64,000 nt of DNA from a virus (IMGVR_UViG_2974696732_000001), one strand, 5' to 3'. Positions 19,025 to 28,549 are shown, counted from the stretch's first letter. The notes: generated by a model not told the origin, from the letters alone. Program-made: numbers and translations.

Positions 19025-20977
19025 ATGGCTAATTCAACACCCTTGCTAGGAGCAGGAAATGTCACCACAGCAAGCAATTCAAATGCGACGTCTGTAACCG
19101 TCAACAAGCCAGCTAATCTGGCAGACGGTCATTACATGTTTGCAGCTATCCTTCAAAGGAATGCAGCCGGTACGTGGACTGTTCCTTCCGGCTGGACAGA
19201 AGTTGGCGTAACTCAGCAAGATTACGTTGACTGCAAGGTGTACTACAAGGCAGTCCCATCAGCGGCAGCAGAGTCCGCTTCAAACTATACCTGGACGACC
19301 AACAAGACGGCTGAGAGAATTGTAGCAATCCTATGGCTACAAACTAGCGTCAACGCTTCTCCAATTGACGCGCTGGGCTCTGGAACGGCCACAGCACCTA
19401 ATCGTACAAGCATGAACTTTGCATCCGTGACGGCAGTAAGCTCTCACGCTACCCTGATGACTATTGGATACAGCACTATTGCAGGTGGCTCTACTGCACC
19501 AGTCGGCTCCACTCCAAGTGGAATGACGGAGATTGCCAACGTCAATATTGCCAACTCTGTTCCAAATGCATTGAATCTCAAGGTAAGTTATCAGGTTCTC
19601 AATGTAACAGGAGCTACTGGCACAAGGGCGACCACTTTCTCCCCGGCCGCTTCTGGTTCTGGTGGATTCACGTTCACTATCAATCCAGCAGGAGACCCAC
19701 CACCAACTGTCATTGCATTGAGACAAGGGCTATGTGACAGGGACAAGGTACGTGTCCTCAGCAGGACAAGCTTTGCGACATCTGTCCGCCTGGCTGTCTC
19801 ATTGTCCAGTGACATGTCTTCACCTGTGTATTCATCCCCAGTGACACCAGACAGTGATGGTTATTCTAAACTAACTGTCACTGGTTTGTCACCAGACACC
19901 AAGTATTACTTCGCCCTGGAGATGAATGGTGTCATCGACATGTCACTGACAGGACAGACAAGGACATTCCCTGTGACGGGCTCTTTCAGCTTTCTTGCTG
20001 CGTCATGTTCATTCACTGCATCCAATCATGCAGTATTCGACGCAATGCGAACTCGCGTTGGTCCAGATGGATTGCCTGCAAGATTCTTTGCTCATCTTGG
20101 AGACGTTCATTATGAACACGCTAGCTATCAGCCTCAGCCAATCGCTCCAAATGACCCGGCAGAGCATCGTACAAATTATGAAAATAGTTTGATGACGGCC
20201 AGACAGTCTGCTCTTTGGCGCAATATTCCTGTGAGCCATACGTACTCAGACAATGATTTCTGTGGTAGTAACTCTGATAGCACATATGCTGCTCGTCCAG
20301 CTATCATTGCTGTTAGGCATCAGGTCATGATTGACCCGCCTCTTCCTGACTCTCAGGGAAATGGTCTTTGGCGAAGTTGGGTGGTTGGTCGAGTTCGTTT
20401 TATACAAACGGACAGCCGAACCTACATGAGCGCAAAGGGGTCTACAGACAATAGCTCTAAGACTATGCTGGGGGCAGAACAGAAAGCATGGCTCAAGAGT
20501 CAGCTTCTACAACCAGAGATTCTTAAGGTGTGGCTACATGACCAAGCGTGGGGAGGAATAGCAACAAATCCCGGCACAAATGATACTTGGCAGGCATTCA
20601 ATACTGAAAGAGTAGAGATAGGAAACTTCATTTCTACTAACAAGGTGAAGGTGGTTTACATTCATGGCGACAGCCATCGCCTTTCTGCTGATAACGGAAT
20701 TCTTAACACAAGAGGGGGATTCCCAACAATCTCTTGTGCTCCTATGGACCAATCAGCTCAAGGAGGAGATTCGTCAGGAGAAGCAAATTCAGCAGGAGTT
20801 TATCCTGCCTATGGAATAACACAACAAGGTAATCACTACGGATGGTTTGATGTTAATGACAATGGGTATCAGCTCTCTTTGACATTCAAGGGATACGATT
20901 CTGGAGGAACGCAAAGAGTCACCATGACAGTTACTGTCAGTCCTGAAACATCTACAGGCTGGGGCTACCCTCTCTAA
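19025..20977 (+). CDS. PhoD-like metallophosphatase with N-terminal Ig/FN3-like region
   Basis: GDVHYE, SDNDF and HGDSHR metallophosphatase motifs, with an N-terminal beta-rich region of about 230 aa. Confidence 0.55.
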   Translation: MANSTPLLGAGNVTTASNSNATSVTVNKPANLADGHYMFAAILQRNAAGTWTVPSGWTEVGVTQQDYVDCKVYYKAVPSAAAESASNYTWTTNKTAERIVAILWLQTSVNASPIDALGSGTATAPNRTSMNFASVTAVSSHATLMTIGYSTIAGGSTAPVGSTPSGMTEIANVNIANSVPNALNLKVSYQVLNVTGATGTRATTFSPAASGSGGFTFTINPAGDPPPTVIALRQGLCDRDKVRVLSRTSFATSVRLAVSLSSDMSSPVYSSPVTPDSDGYSKLTVTGLSPDTKYYFALEMNGVIDMSLTGQTRTFPVTGSFSFLAASCSFTASNHAVFDAMRTRVGPDGLPARFFAHLGDVHYEHASYQPQPIAPNDPAEHRTNYENSLMTARQSALWRNIPVSHTYSDNDFCGSNSDSTYAARPAIIAVRHQVMIDPPLPDSQGNGLWRSWVVGRVRFIQTDSRTYMSAKGSTDNSSKTMLGAEQKAWLKSQLLQPEILKVWLHDQAWGGIATNPGTNDTWQAFNTERVEIGNFISTNKVKVVYIHGDSHRLSADNGILNTRGGFPTISCAPMDQSAQGGDSSGEANSAGVYPAYGITQQGNHYGWFDVNDNGYQLSLTFKGYDSGGTQRVTMTVTVSPETSTGWGYPL

Positions 20978-21095
20978 GTTGACAGGTCTCCTTGAAGCTG
21001 CTACCGTAGAATTACACTAGAAAATATAAAGAAAAAGATGTTGAAAAACATCTAGAATTGGTTAGAAACCGGATAGTAATTAATTAGAAGGAAGT

Positions 21096-21383
21096 ATGAG
21101 ACTCTTTGAACTCCATAGAGACATCGATGAATCTGGTGTCTCTGGAACAGGAAAGGTCACTCAGGGAGTACAGTTTGACGATGGTCAGGTCTGTATGCTA
21201 TGGTTGACCGCATTGAAGGGGTATCCTCAAGTCTATCCACACATCGAACGAGTCCTTGAGATTCATGGACATGATGGTAAGACTCGTGTAGTATGGCTTG
21301 ATGAGAAGCCCGGCAGGACTGTGAAGGTTGCTGGTAAGGAAGTTCCAGTCCACACAGTTGACAGGTTCTCTGAGAACCGCTAA
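21096..21383 (+). CDS. hypothetical protein
   Basis: 95-aa ORF. Confidence 0.45.
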   Translation: MRLFELHRDIDESGVSGTGKVTQGVQFDDGQVCMLWLTALKGYPQVYPHIERVLEIHGHDGKTRVVWLDEKPGRTVKVAGKEVPVHTVDRFSENR

Positions 21384-21464
21384 AGTAGAACGTAGAGCAG
21401 GTCGGCAAGCAGGTAAGTGAGGAACACAGGAGCTTGAGCCACAACCCCTCCGCCTAGCTCTCTT

Positions 21465-21540
21465 GCGTCTGTAGTATAGTCTGGTCCAATGCACCTGATT
21501 GTCAATCAGGAAATCGCGGGTTCAAATCCCGTCAGGCGCG
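21465..21540 (+). tRNA. tRNA-Asp(GTC)
   Basis: Anticodon stem CCTGA/TCAGG with loop TTGTCAA, T-arm GCGGGTTCAAATCCCGT. Confidence 0.75.
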
Positions 21541-21570
21541 CTCCCAACAATCTCTTAGGAGAACAAGTAA

Positions 21571-21801
21571 ATGAAGTGGTACCGAGTTGTCCTCCAGTCT
21601 TGGCGTGGAAACTACAGGTCTGCCTACCATGGTGACCAGCATGGAACGTCTCTTGCTGATGCCAAGCGTCGGGTAGAACTTTCTTTTCAGCGAAATGGCT
21701 GGCTGGACGATGAAGTCACGAAGTTCAGCATTGAGCTGGAATTCGATGAGAAGCGTACGAAGCACTTTGACGACAATGACCTTTGGGGGCCTTATATCTG
21801 A
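21571..21801 (+). CDS. hypothetical protein
   Basis: 76-aa ORF. Confidence 0.45.
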   Translation: MKWYRVVLQSWRGNYRSAYHGDQHGTSLADAKRRVELSFQRNGWLDDEVTKFSIELEFDEKRTKHFDDNDLWGPYI

Positions 21802-21965
21802 TGACCATCAGATTTTGTCCATCATGTATGCAAAACGTAGTTACTCTGGTGCAGAAGGCAAACTGTAAGCACTGTGGTACAGTAACTAAGCCAGTAGATG
21901 AGAAACTTCCTTTGCCTGATGAGGGTGAGAGGAACGACCTTACTGGCAAGCACAAAAAGAAGTAA
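21801..21965 (+). CDS. zinc-ribbon protein
   Basis: CPSC..CKHC; ATGA overlap. Confidence 0.45.
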   Translation: MTIRFCPSCMQNVVTLVQKANCKHCGTVTKPVDEKLPLPDEGERNDLTGKHKKK

Positions 21966-21980
21966 GCCCTTCGGGGTTAT

Positions 21981-22051
21981 CCCGGCGTGGTGTAATGGTA
22001 ACATACTGCGTTGTCAGCGCAATGTCGAGGGTTCGATTCCCTTCGTCGGGA
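21981..22051 (+). tRNA. tRNA-Asp(GTC), second copy
   Basis: Acceptor CCCGGCG/CGTCGGG, anticodon loop TTGTCAG, T-arm GAGGGTTCGATTCCCTT. Confidence 0.65.
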
Positions 22052-22055
22052 CAAA

Positions 22056-22167
22056 GTGGGTCGAAAGAGCAAGTCGGTTATCATCCCTTGAAATGAATGA
22101 ATAGTAGGTTCGACTCCTACATTGGCCAGGGCTAGGCCACCTCCGACTCTCACCAACATATCCACCA
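22056..22167 (+). ncRNA. noncanonical tRNA-like element (family member D with tail CTCTCACCAACATATCCACCA)
   Basis: GTGGGTCGAAAGAGCAAGTCGGTTATC and T-arm GTAGGTTCGACTCCTAC. The 3' ATTGGCC finds no 5' partner. Confidence 0.3.
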
Positions 22168-22170
22168 ATT

Positions 22171-22500
22171 ATGAACACAGAAGAAAGAATTGAGAAGCTA
22201 AAGGAACTCTGGAAAGACGGCTGGTATCTTGAGGATGCCATCGGAGAAATCGAAGACCATCTTTCTGAGGATGAGTTCAAGCCAAAGCTGGTAGACTCCG
22301 TAGAGGAGCATGAGTCACGATGGATGATTCACACTCTTGACATCGCTGAGATTGACGAAGGTGTATACGTTGGTGTACGCTGGGAGCGAGGTAAGACAGA
22401 GATGCAAGAGCACATCTTCGATGACAAGAACGTTTATCTTCTCGAAAGAGTCGAGAAGGTTGTCACTACAGTCGATTGGAATGACAAGAAAAAGCTATGA
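22171..22500 (+). CDS. hypothetical protein
   Basis: 109-aa acidic ORF. Confidence 0.45.
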   Translation: MNTEERIEKLKELWKDGWYLEDAIGEIEDHLSEDEFKPKLVDSVEEHESRWMIHTLDIAEIDEGVYVGVRWERGKTEMQEHIFDDKNVYLLERVEKVVTTVDWNDKKKL

Positions 22501-22919
22501 GAAACTGGCTCGGTCATGAAATCGAGGTTGGCGCAGTAGTCTTTCGCGGCGGAAAGCAGGGCACATCGTCCTCTTTCCGCGTCGGCGTTGTAGACGACAT
22601 TGACGAACAGAAGCAGAATGCCCGTGTTGTCTGGCATTGGGTTCCAAGTAATAGAACTATTTGGGATAAGGACCAGTATCAGTATTCACACATGGACGAC
22701 AATCGCTACTACGTCTCTGGACCTGCAAAGGCCAGCACTCAACGAACTCGCTACCCTATCAATGACCTTGCGAGGCTTGATGACGGTATGCTAGAGTACC
22801 TACAGAAGCGATACCAGCTCATCGAGGCTGCTATCCACTACAAGATTCGTGAAGAAGACTTTGCTCAATTCGAGCGAGACTTTGATATGGGACTAGTTCC
22901 CGAAATTCCTATGCCTTAG
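22497..22919 (+). CDS. hypothetical protein
   Basis: 140-aa ORF. Confidence 0.45.
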   Translation: MRNWLGHEIEVGAVVFRGGKQGTSSSFRVGVVDDIDEQKQNARVVWHWVPSNRTIWDKDQYQYSHMDDNRYYVSGPAKASTQRTRYPINDLARLDDGMLEYLQKRYQLIEAAIHYKIREEDFAQFERDFDMGLVPEIPMP

Positions 22920-22936
22920 AAAGGGCCGGTAGTAAA

Positions 22937-24580
22937 ATGTCTAATGCACTTAACAACGCAGCTAAGGGTCTCAACAAGACTCCTCAGTCTGTCAAGGCCA
23001 AGGCAGGACAGGTCAAGAACAACGCTGGTGGATTCGTCTTCCAGGTTTCTGACCAGGCTCGCCTTGAGCGATTCCTTATCCTTGGTGTTGATGGTGGAAC
23101 CTATTACGTAAAGGAAGCCGACCACGCGCGTTCCAACGTACAGTTCCTCAATGACATGATTGAGCGAGACGAAGCCTCTGTACTGAACACAATCGTTGAT
23201 GTATCTGTCAATGGTCGTGCGTACAAGCAGTCTCCAGTCCTGTTCGCACTAGCCTCTGTCATTGTCCACGGACGTGACAAGCAGTCCGTCAAGGCTGTAT
23301 TTAATCGTGTTGTTCGTACTGGTACACACCTCTACGAGGTTGTGAACTACCTGAACACCATGGGTGGATGGGGTCGAGCAAAGCGTGAAATCGTTGCTAG
23401 TTGGTTCGAGCGCGATGCCGATAAGCTTGCTTACCAGATGGTCAAGTACCGTTCTCGTGAGTTTGCTGGCAACCGTTGGACCATGCGTGACGTAATGCGC
23501 AAGGCTCACCCACAGAACATGAACACTTCCGCTGCTGACTTTGCCCTCGGCAAGGAGCACGATGCTGTTGATGACCTTCGGGTTATTGAGGGTTTCAAGC
23601 TCATGCAGAAAGCTCAGTCTGTTGAAGACGTGCACAATGTTCTTCGGGCGTACGAGATGCTTCCTTGGGAGACTATCCCAACTCAGTTCCTCAAGGATTT
23701 GAGTGTCTGGAAGCGAATCTTCGCCAACGGTCAGCTTCGTGGTCAGGCTCTTGTCCGAAACATCACCCGTCTCGCACGGCTTGGTGCTTTCCAGGACATG
23801 CGTTTTGCTGCTGCTTATGCAGGACAGCTCACGAATCAGGAGATGATTGCGCAGACTCGTCTGCACCCAATCAACTTCCTGAACGCGACTGTTGTGTATA
23901 ACGATGGTCAGCTAAAGCGTGCCAAGGACCGCTGGGGCTACGAGAGTGAGCAGCGCGTAAAGGATTGGACGACTGAAAGTGTCATTGTCGATGCTCTCGA
24001 TGAGGGTTTCCACAAGGCATTCAAGACCGTCCAGCCTGCCGGTAAGCGAACGATGCTTGCTATTGATGTGTCAGGTTCCATGAGTGCAAAGGCTAACGGT
24101 CTCGACCTTAGCTGTGCTCAGGTTTCTGCTGCAATGGCAATGACCATCGCTCGTACCGAGCCAGCTCACATCATCCGTGGATTCACGTCTGATGGCTATG
24201 GTTGGAGGAACAGTGGTCTGACTGACCTCGGCATCTCCGCTCGTACAAACCTTGCTACGGCAATGCGTAATGTACAGCGAAGCAACTGGGGCGGCACAGA
24301 TTGTTCCCTCCCAATGCGTTGGGCTCTTGAGAACAAGGTAGAGGTTGACACCTTCGTGGTTATCACTGATAACGACACGTGGGCTGGCGACGTTCACCCA
24401 TTCCAGGCGCTCAAGGAGTACCGTAAGAAGACCGGAATCGACGCTCGCATGGCAGTTCTGGGAGTTCAGGCAACTGAATTCACCATCGCTGACCCAAGCG
24501 ACCGTGGAATGATGGACTTCGTAGGGTTTGACAGCAATGCACCTCGTGTGCTCGCTGACTTCTCCGCAGGTCGCATCTGA
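22937..24580 (+). CDS. rsr: Ro60/Rsr-like ribonucleoprotein (TROVE domain + vWA)
   Basis: 547 aa with an N-terminal TROVE-like region and a C-terminal vWA MIDAS motif AIDVSGSMS, matching the Ro60 architecture. Confidence 0.65.
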   Translation: MSNALNNAAKGLNKTPQSVKAKAGQVKNNAGGFVFQVSDQARLERFLILGVDGGTYYVKEADHARSNVQFLNDMIERDEASVLNTIVDVSVNGRAYKQSPVLFALASVIVHGRDKQSVKAVFNRVVRTGTHLYEVVNYLNTMGGWGRAKREIVASWFERDADKLAYQMVKYRSREFAGNRWTMRDVMRKAHPQNMNTSAADFALGKEHDAVDDLRVIEGFKLMQKAQSVEDVHNVLRAYEMLPWETIPTQFLKDLSVWKRIFANGQLRGQALVRNITRLARLGAFQDMRFAAAYAGQLTNQEMIAQTRLHPINFLNATVVYNDGQLKRAKDRWGYESEQRVKDWTTESVIVDALDEGFHKAFKTVQPAGKRTMLAIDVSGSMSAKANGLDLSCAQVSAAMAMTIARTEPAHIIRGFTSDGYGWRNSGLTDLGISARTNLATAMRNVQRSNWGGTDCSLPMRWALENKVEVDTFVVITDNDTWAGDVHPFQALKEYRKKTGIDARMAVLGVQATEFTIADPSDRGMMDFVGFDSNAPRVLADFSAGRI

Positions 24581-24614
24581 CAACAACCCCTCTTCGGAGG
24601 GGTTTTGTTGTTTA
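24581..24614 (+). terminator. rho-independent terminator after the Ro60-like gene
   Basis: CAACAACCCCTC-TTCG-GAGGGGTTTTGTTG + TTTAT. Confidence 0.65.
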
Positions 24615-24766
24615 TGATACGATTAATAGATGATATCTAAAGAAGAAAGAAAACAACTAAAGCTAGCAAGGTCAAAAGCAGAACTAGTAAGAACCGTGGC
24701 AGCACTATTTCAAATGGTGATGGCTACCGCAACTCTCTGCATCCTAGTCTACGTAAACTTCATGCG

Positions 24767-24795
24767 TTGACAGGACGCTCGGCAGGGTGTAGAGT
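24767..24795 (+). promoter_or_regulatory. promoter TTGACA-N17-TAGAGT
   Basis: Consensus family member. The HNH gene ATG follows 8 nt after the -10, so the mRNA is near-leaderless. Confidence 0.55.
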
Positions 24796-24802
24796 CTTAC
24801 TC

Positions 24803-25183
24803 ATGGGAACGAAGATTTCTATCGAAGAACTGTACGAACGTGACAAGGGTATGTGCGGCATCTGTGGAAATCGCGTGACTCGCAAGCAGCTCATCAAGGG
24901 CCTTGCAAATCGTGACCACATCGTTCCAGCCTCTCTAGGCGGAACGAATCACCGCAGCAATCTACGTCTTGCTCACTATTGGTGCAATATTCGACGTGGC
25001 AATGACCTTCCTAATAATGGACAGCCTTCTCATGATGAAAAGATGCTGACGGCATTTGAGAATCAAGAGGGTTTGTGTCCTCTGTGTGACGAAGCCCTTG
25101 CTCTTGATAGGAAGGCAGAGGGTTTTATTCGCCAGAAGGATTTGGCTCATCGAGTCTGCATCCGTCGTGATAGAGGGATGTAA
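24803..25183 (+). CDS. HNH endonuclease
   Basis: DHIVPASLGGTNHRSNLRLAHYWCN. ATG 24803 lies just downstream of the promoter -10 at 24790. Confidence 0.7.
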   Translation: MGTKISIEELYERDKGMCGICGNRVTRKQLIKGLANRDHIVPASLGGTNHRSNLRLAHYWCNIRRGNDLPNNGQPSHDEKMLTAFENQEGLCPLCDEALALDRKAEGFIRQKDLAHRVCIRRDRGM

Positions 25184-25368
25184 TGAATAATGATGAGCCA
25201 GGCGTAACGATTCTCAGTTTGCTGAGAATGCTGAAACGTAAACGCAAAAATCGGCCGGTAGTCGAGATGTCTACTTGTGGCCATTGTAAGACCAAGTACG
25301 ATATCCACAAAGGACATATGTGTCCTTACATCAAGAAACTCTACGAGGGGTTGAAAGATAATGGCTGA
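25183..25368 (+). CDS. small Cys/His-rich protein
   Basis: CGHC..HKGHMCP. Confidence 0.4.
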   Translation: MNNDEPGVTILSLLRMLKRKRKNRPVVEMSTCGHCKTKYDIHKGHMCPYIKKLYEGLKDNG

Positions 25369-25576
25369 CTACGTAACTCGTCACTACACTTTCAAGGGCA
25401 GCAACAAGTTGGCTGATGAGATTGCCTATCTTGCTGTGAAGAATCACTGTCGAGTCTCCAACCGAACCACTACAGGCGTGTTCACAAAGGAGCACCGCTT
25501 TGAGGTTTTTGGTGACGTGACTGGCATGGACCGTTTCGAAACTGAAATGGCTGATGCCAAGCGGAGGCTTTCGTGA
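25361..25576 (+). CDS. hypothetical protein
   Basis: 71-aa ORF. Confidence 0.4.
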   Translation: MADYVTRHYTFKGSNKLADEIAYLAVKNHCRVSNRTTTGVFTKEHRFEVFGDVTGMDRFETEMADAKRRLS

Positions 25577-25965
25577 GCAATAGTTTTTACCATGCTCAAA
25601 GTTCAGCCCGGAAATGGGGAGGTGTGCCAGAGGACTACATTGCCATTCATGAATGGATTGATGGGTCCAAGGCACACTTTGGCGATGCTCGACACAGAGC
25701 CCTACGTCATCACACAGAGGGTTGTTGGGAGGCAGAGCGAGTTTTCGGTCTGACCATCACAGTAAAAAAGAAAAACGGCATGGGTGAAGTACGTGTTCCA
25801 GTTCGTGAAATTGCTGAACAGCACGTATTTGAAGACCTTGGGCACATTCCCAGTCTTGCTGATTGGCTTGAGAACATGACCCTCAAGACATGGATGGGCG
25901 GTAAGGTAAAGAAATTCGTAGGACGCGAGGACGTTCTTAACACTGTCAAGAAAGAAGCAAAGTGA
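25573..25965 (+). CDS. hypothetical protein
   Basis: 130-aa ORF. Confidence 0.45.
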   Translation: MSNSFYHAQSSARKWGGVPEDYIAIHEWIDGSKAHFGDARHRALRHHTEGCWEAERVFGLTITVKKKNGMGEVRVPVREIAEQHVFEDLGHIPSLADWLENMTLKTWMGGKVKKFVGREDVLNTVKKEAK

Positions 25966-26492
25966 CTAACGAAGTATTTGGTCGTCCAATCAAGGGTGAC
26001 ATCAATCACTATACTGGCGCTCTCCCTGAGCAAGAAGACCCTGCTAAGTTCATCGAAGCTCTGGATAAGCTACTTGACCACCCACAGGTTGCCAAGGTAC
26101 GCTGGACACAGTACACTCCATACTTCAATGATGGCGAAGCATGTGAATTCGAAACTCATGGGGCTGAGGTTTCTCTAGTCAATCTTACAACGGCCGACAC
26201 TGGCCTTGAAGTTGGTGAGGACCGGTGGTACGATGAGGGCGAAGAGGTATTTCTTGGTGAATACGACATGTACACCTACGAGTATGGTGATGATGGCCGT
26301 ATTGACTGGGACAAGGGTAAGCGCTATGTTGTAGGTGGAGTTGATACCGAAGACGTGGCTGTAGCCCTTGCTCAATTTGAGATGGCTCTCAATTCAAAGC
26401 ATTACGTATGGCTCAATGAGACATTTGGTGACCCGGCAGAAGTGACGGCAACCAAGGAGGGTTTCATGGTCGAGCACTACGAGCACGATTAA
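25962..26492 (+). CDS. hypothetical protein
   Basis: 176-aa acidic ORF. Confidence 0.45.
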   Translation: MTNEVFGRPIKGDINHYTGALPEQEDPAKFIEALDKLLDHPQVAKVRWTQYTPYFNDGEACEFETHGAEVSLVNLTTADTGLEVGEDRWYDEGEEVFLGEYDMYTYEYGDDGRIDWDKGKRYVVGGVDTEDVAVALAQFEMALNSKHYVWLNETFGDPAEVTATKEGFMVEHYEHD

Positions 26493-26500
26493 GGAGATAA

Positions 26501-26686
26501 ATGTCTTTGGAGCACATTGATGCCGAACGTATCCTTGACCTCATCTCTGGCACCATTGATGGTGGCTGGAATGATGGGATTGAGGCTTTCGTAGGTGCGT
26601 CTAATGATGGAGAAATTCTTCAAGTGGAAGTCGAAGATGACGATGGCCACAAGAAGAAGTTCTATCTGAGCATAGAGGAAGTATAG
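26501..26686 (+). CDS. hypothetical protein
   Basis: 61-aa ORF. Confidence 0.4.
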   Translation: MSLEHIDAERILDLISGTIDGGWNDGIEAFVGASNDGEILQVEVEDDDGHKKKFYLSIEEV

Positions 26687-26741
26687 GCCAAAGCCTTCAT
26701 AATCATTCGTCAGATATAATGATTGTGAAGGGAGGATAAAA

Positions 26742-27023
26742 ATGGCCTATTACCCAATCAACCAGTTCTTCTACGACTCAGAAACCAACAACATCATCGT
26801 TCAGTTCGCTGTATATACTGAAAAGACTTATGAAACAGCCGAAATGGACGACCCATATGATGTCATTGAGGCAGAACTCTTCCTGGATGCAGGTAAGTTC
26901 AAGATTGGTGAATACCGTCCAGCAGCGCTAGATGGTAGTGTAACTCAGGAGTTCATCGGTCGTGACCTTGGTCAGGCACCTAGCGTAACTCCACCAAACC
27001 CAGTCCCAGAAGAACCAGCTTGA
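26742..27023 (+). CDS. hypothetical protein
   Basis: 93-aa ORF. Confidence 0.45.
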   Translation: MAYYPINQFFYDSETNNIIVQFAVYTEKTYETAEMDDPYDVIEAELFLDAGKFKIGEYRPAALDGSVTQEFIGRDLGQAPSVTPPNPVPEEPA

Positions 27024-27048
27024 CAGACAAGTCTAGCCACGCTAGACT
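27020..27048 (+). promoter_or_regulatory. promoter TTGACA-N17-TAGACT
   Basis: Upstream of tRNA-Glu(CTC). Confidence 0.45.
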
Positions 27049-27089
27049 AGCACTACAGCGCAGGACGGAGCGCTAACAAATCCGTTCAA

Positions 27090-27160
27090 GCTCCTATAGT
27101 CTAAGGGTAGGATACAAGATTCTCAATCTTGTGGTCGGAGTTCAATTCTCCGTAGGAGTA
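27090..27160 (+). tRNA. tRNA-Glu(CTC)
   Basis: Anticodon stem CAAGA/TCTTG with loop TTCTCAA, T-arm CGGAGTTCAATTCTCCG. Confidence 0.75.
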
Positions 27161-27161
27161 C

Positions 27162-27410
27162 GTGCCACCAAAAATACCAACTCAAATCGAAGCTAGAATT
27201 GTTGTAGGTATCCTCTGTGGAATCATTGGATGCCTCTTCGCCAGCTTCATTATGGTAGGGTGTATCTCAGAAAGCAACGAGACAAGCAAGATGAAAGCCT
27301 GCGTCTCTAAGCAGATGGAATGGGTAAACGCGCCCGGTGGTCCAGAGTGCAGGAAGCCGCTTGACAGACTTCCTCAGCCAAGCTACAGTAGTAGTACAGA
27401 GAAACAGTAA
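27162..27410 (+). CDS. small membrane/lipoprotein-like protein
   Basis: GTG start. Hydrophobic N-terminus with an MVGC lipobox-like motif. Confidence 0.4.
   Translation: MPPKIPTQIEARIVVGILCGIIGCLFASFIMVGCISESNETSKMKACVSKQMEWVNAPGGPECRKPLDRLPQPSYSSSTEKQ
27361..27389 (+). promoter_or_regulatory. promoter TTGACA-N17-TACAGT
   Basis: Upstream of tRNA-Glu(TTC). Confidence 0.45.
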
Positions 27411-27414
27411 ACAT

Positions 27415-27488
27415 GCCCCGTTGGTCTAGCGGTTAGGATACCGGACTTTCAATCCGTGTGAACGTCGGTTCGAATCCGACACGGGGTA
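27415..27488 (+). tRNA. tRNA-Glu(TTC)
   Basis: Acceptor GCCCCGT/ACGGGGT, anticodon loop CTTTCAA, T-arm GTCGGTTCGAATCCGAC. Confidence 0.7.
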
Positions 27489-27520
27489 CTCCAAAAACAA
27501 CAAGCCGAAGGGCACAAGAA

Positions 27521-27727
27521 ATGTCTGCTCGTATTACTGTTCTCGTTCGTAACCATCCGAATGGTGGGATTCCGGTCGTCGCTCCTGGCGACCGAGATGA
27601 ATACCAGTCTCAGTTCACTAACGCCATCATGTCCAAGATGCCACTGGTCAGCGTTGTTGACGAGGATGGTGACCACTTCAACTTCGTGGTTGACGACATC
27701 CAGGGATTCATGGTAGAGTCTCTGTAA
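27521..27727 (+). CDS. hypothetical protein
   Basis: Track ORF 27458.. overlaps tRNA-Glu; trimmed to ATG 27521. Confidence 0.45.
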   Translation: MSARITVLVRNHPNGGIPVVAPGDRDEYQSQFTNAIMSKMPLVSVVDEDGDHFNFVVDDIQGFMVESL

Positions 27728-27747
27728 GAAGAGGCCGAAAGGCCCAA

Positions 27748-27818
27748 GCCCGGTTAGCTCAATGGGAGAGCGGCGGTTTTACACACCGTATACGGGGGTT
27801 CGATTCCCTCACTGGGTA
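27748..27818 (+). tRNA. tRNA-Val(TAC)
   Basis: Anticodon stem GCGGT/ACCGT with loop TTTACAC, T-loop TTCGATT. Confidence 0.75.
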
Positions 27819-27931
27819 CGTTGGAAGGTGTTAAGGTGAGAGAAAAGTTGGTCACTCAGTATCTCTGCTTATTGTGTAAGGTCTAACCAACCATCACACC
27901 GGGCACGAATCCGGCCCTTCCTCAGACTTAT

Positions 27932-27998
27932 GGGTTTGATTGGTATAAGGTCAGTGAAAGCCGACAATGGACCGCTGACTGTAGAGGGTTCGAATCCC
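27932..27998 (+). ncRNA. tRNA-like element (acceptor and T-arm present, no anticodon arm found)
   Basis: GGGTTTG/CAAATCC acceptor pairing and T-arm GAGGGTTCGAATCCCTC. The interior holds a GTCAG..CTGAC stem with a 20-nt loop. Confidence 0.3.
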
Positions 27999-28080
27999 TC
28001 CAAATCCACTTGGTGATAAAGCTCCCCAAGCTGATATTCCATATCAGCCGGACACTTGGCGGTGACGCCCTTCACCTTAT

Positions 28081-28154
28081 GCGCCGTTGACGGGAACTGG
28101 CATACCTAGTTGACTTAGAATCAACTGCTTGGGAGTTCGACTCTCCCACGGCGT
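28081..28154 (+). tRNA. tRNA with anticodon TAG (Leu-type anticodon, short variable arm)
   Basis: Acceptor GCGCCGT/ACGGCGT, anticodon stem GTTGA/TCAAC with loop CTTAGAA, T-arm GGGAGTTCGACTCTCCC. Confidence 0.6.
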
Positions 28155-28294
28155 ACTCCACAACTACAAACAAAGGATACACTTGAGCGTCTGTCCAAAG
28201 GGCGGTAAGCACGACTGGAAGATATGGTCTGGTAAGTATCGTTGTCGCAAGTGTGGTGAAACAAGTAAGATTCAGCCTACGTAGTAGGTGTTAT

Positions 28295-28368
28295 GCGTCG
28301 GTAGCCCAATGGCAGGAGGCACCAGTCTTAGGAACTGGACAGTGTGAGTTCGAGTCTCACCCGGCGTA
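28295..28368 (+). tRNA. tRNA with anticodon TAG (second, distinct sequence; type I)
   Basis: Anticodon stem CCAGT/ACTGG with loop CTTAGGA, T-arm GTGAGTTCGAGTCTCAC. Confidence 0.6.
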
Positions 28369-28421
28369 CTTTGACTAGCATCCGGAGTTAGTCAAATGCA
28401 TATCAGGTCGCTCCTGGTATG

Positions 28422-28549
28422 AGGAGTATAGTTTAATTGGCAAAACCGTGAAATGCGCTGTCGAACGAGAGATGCTGCCGAGCTAAAGGCGGGTTCTCTA
28501 CTAGTAGATATCAGAGTAACAGTTGTCGGTTCGAATCCGGCTGCTCCGC
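28422..28549 (+). ncRNA. tRNA-like element with an insertion of about 50 nt (about 128 nt)
   Basis: 5' AGGAGTA pairs 6/7 with 3' TGCTCCG. D-arm-like GTTT/AAAC. T-arm GTCGGTTCGAATCCGGC. Far too long for a tRNA. Confidence 0.3.
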
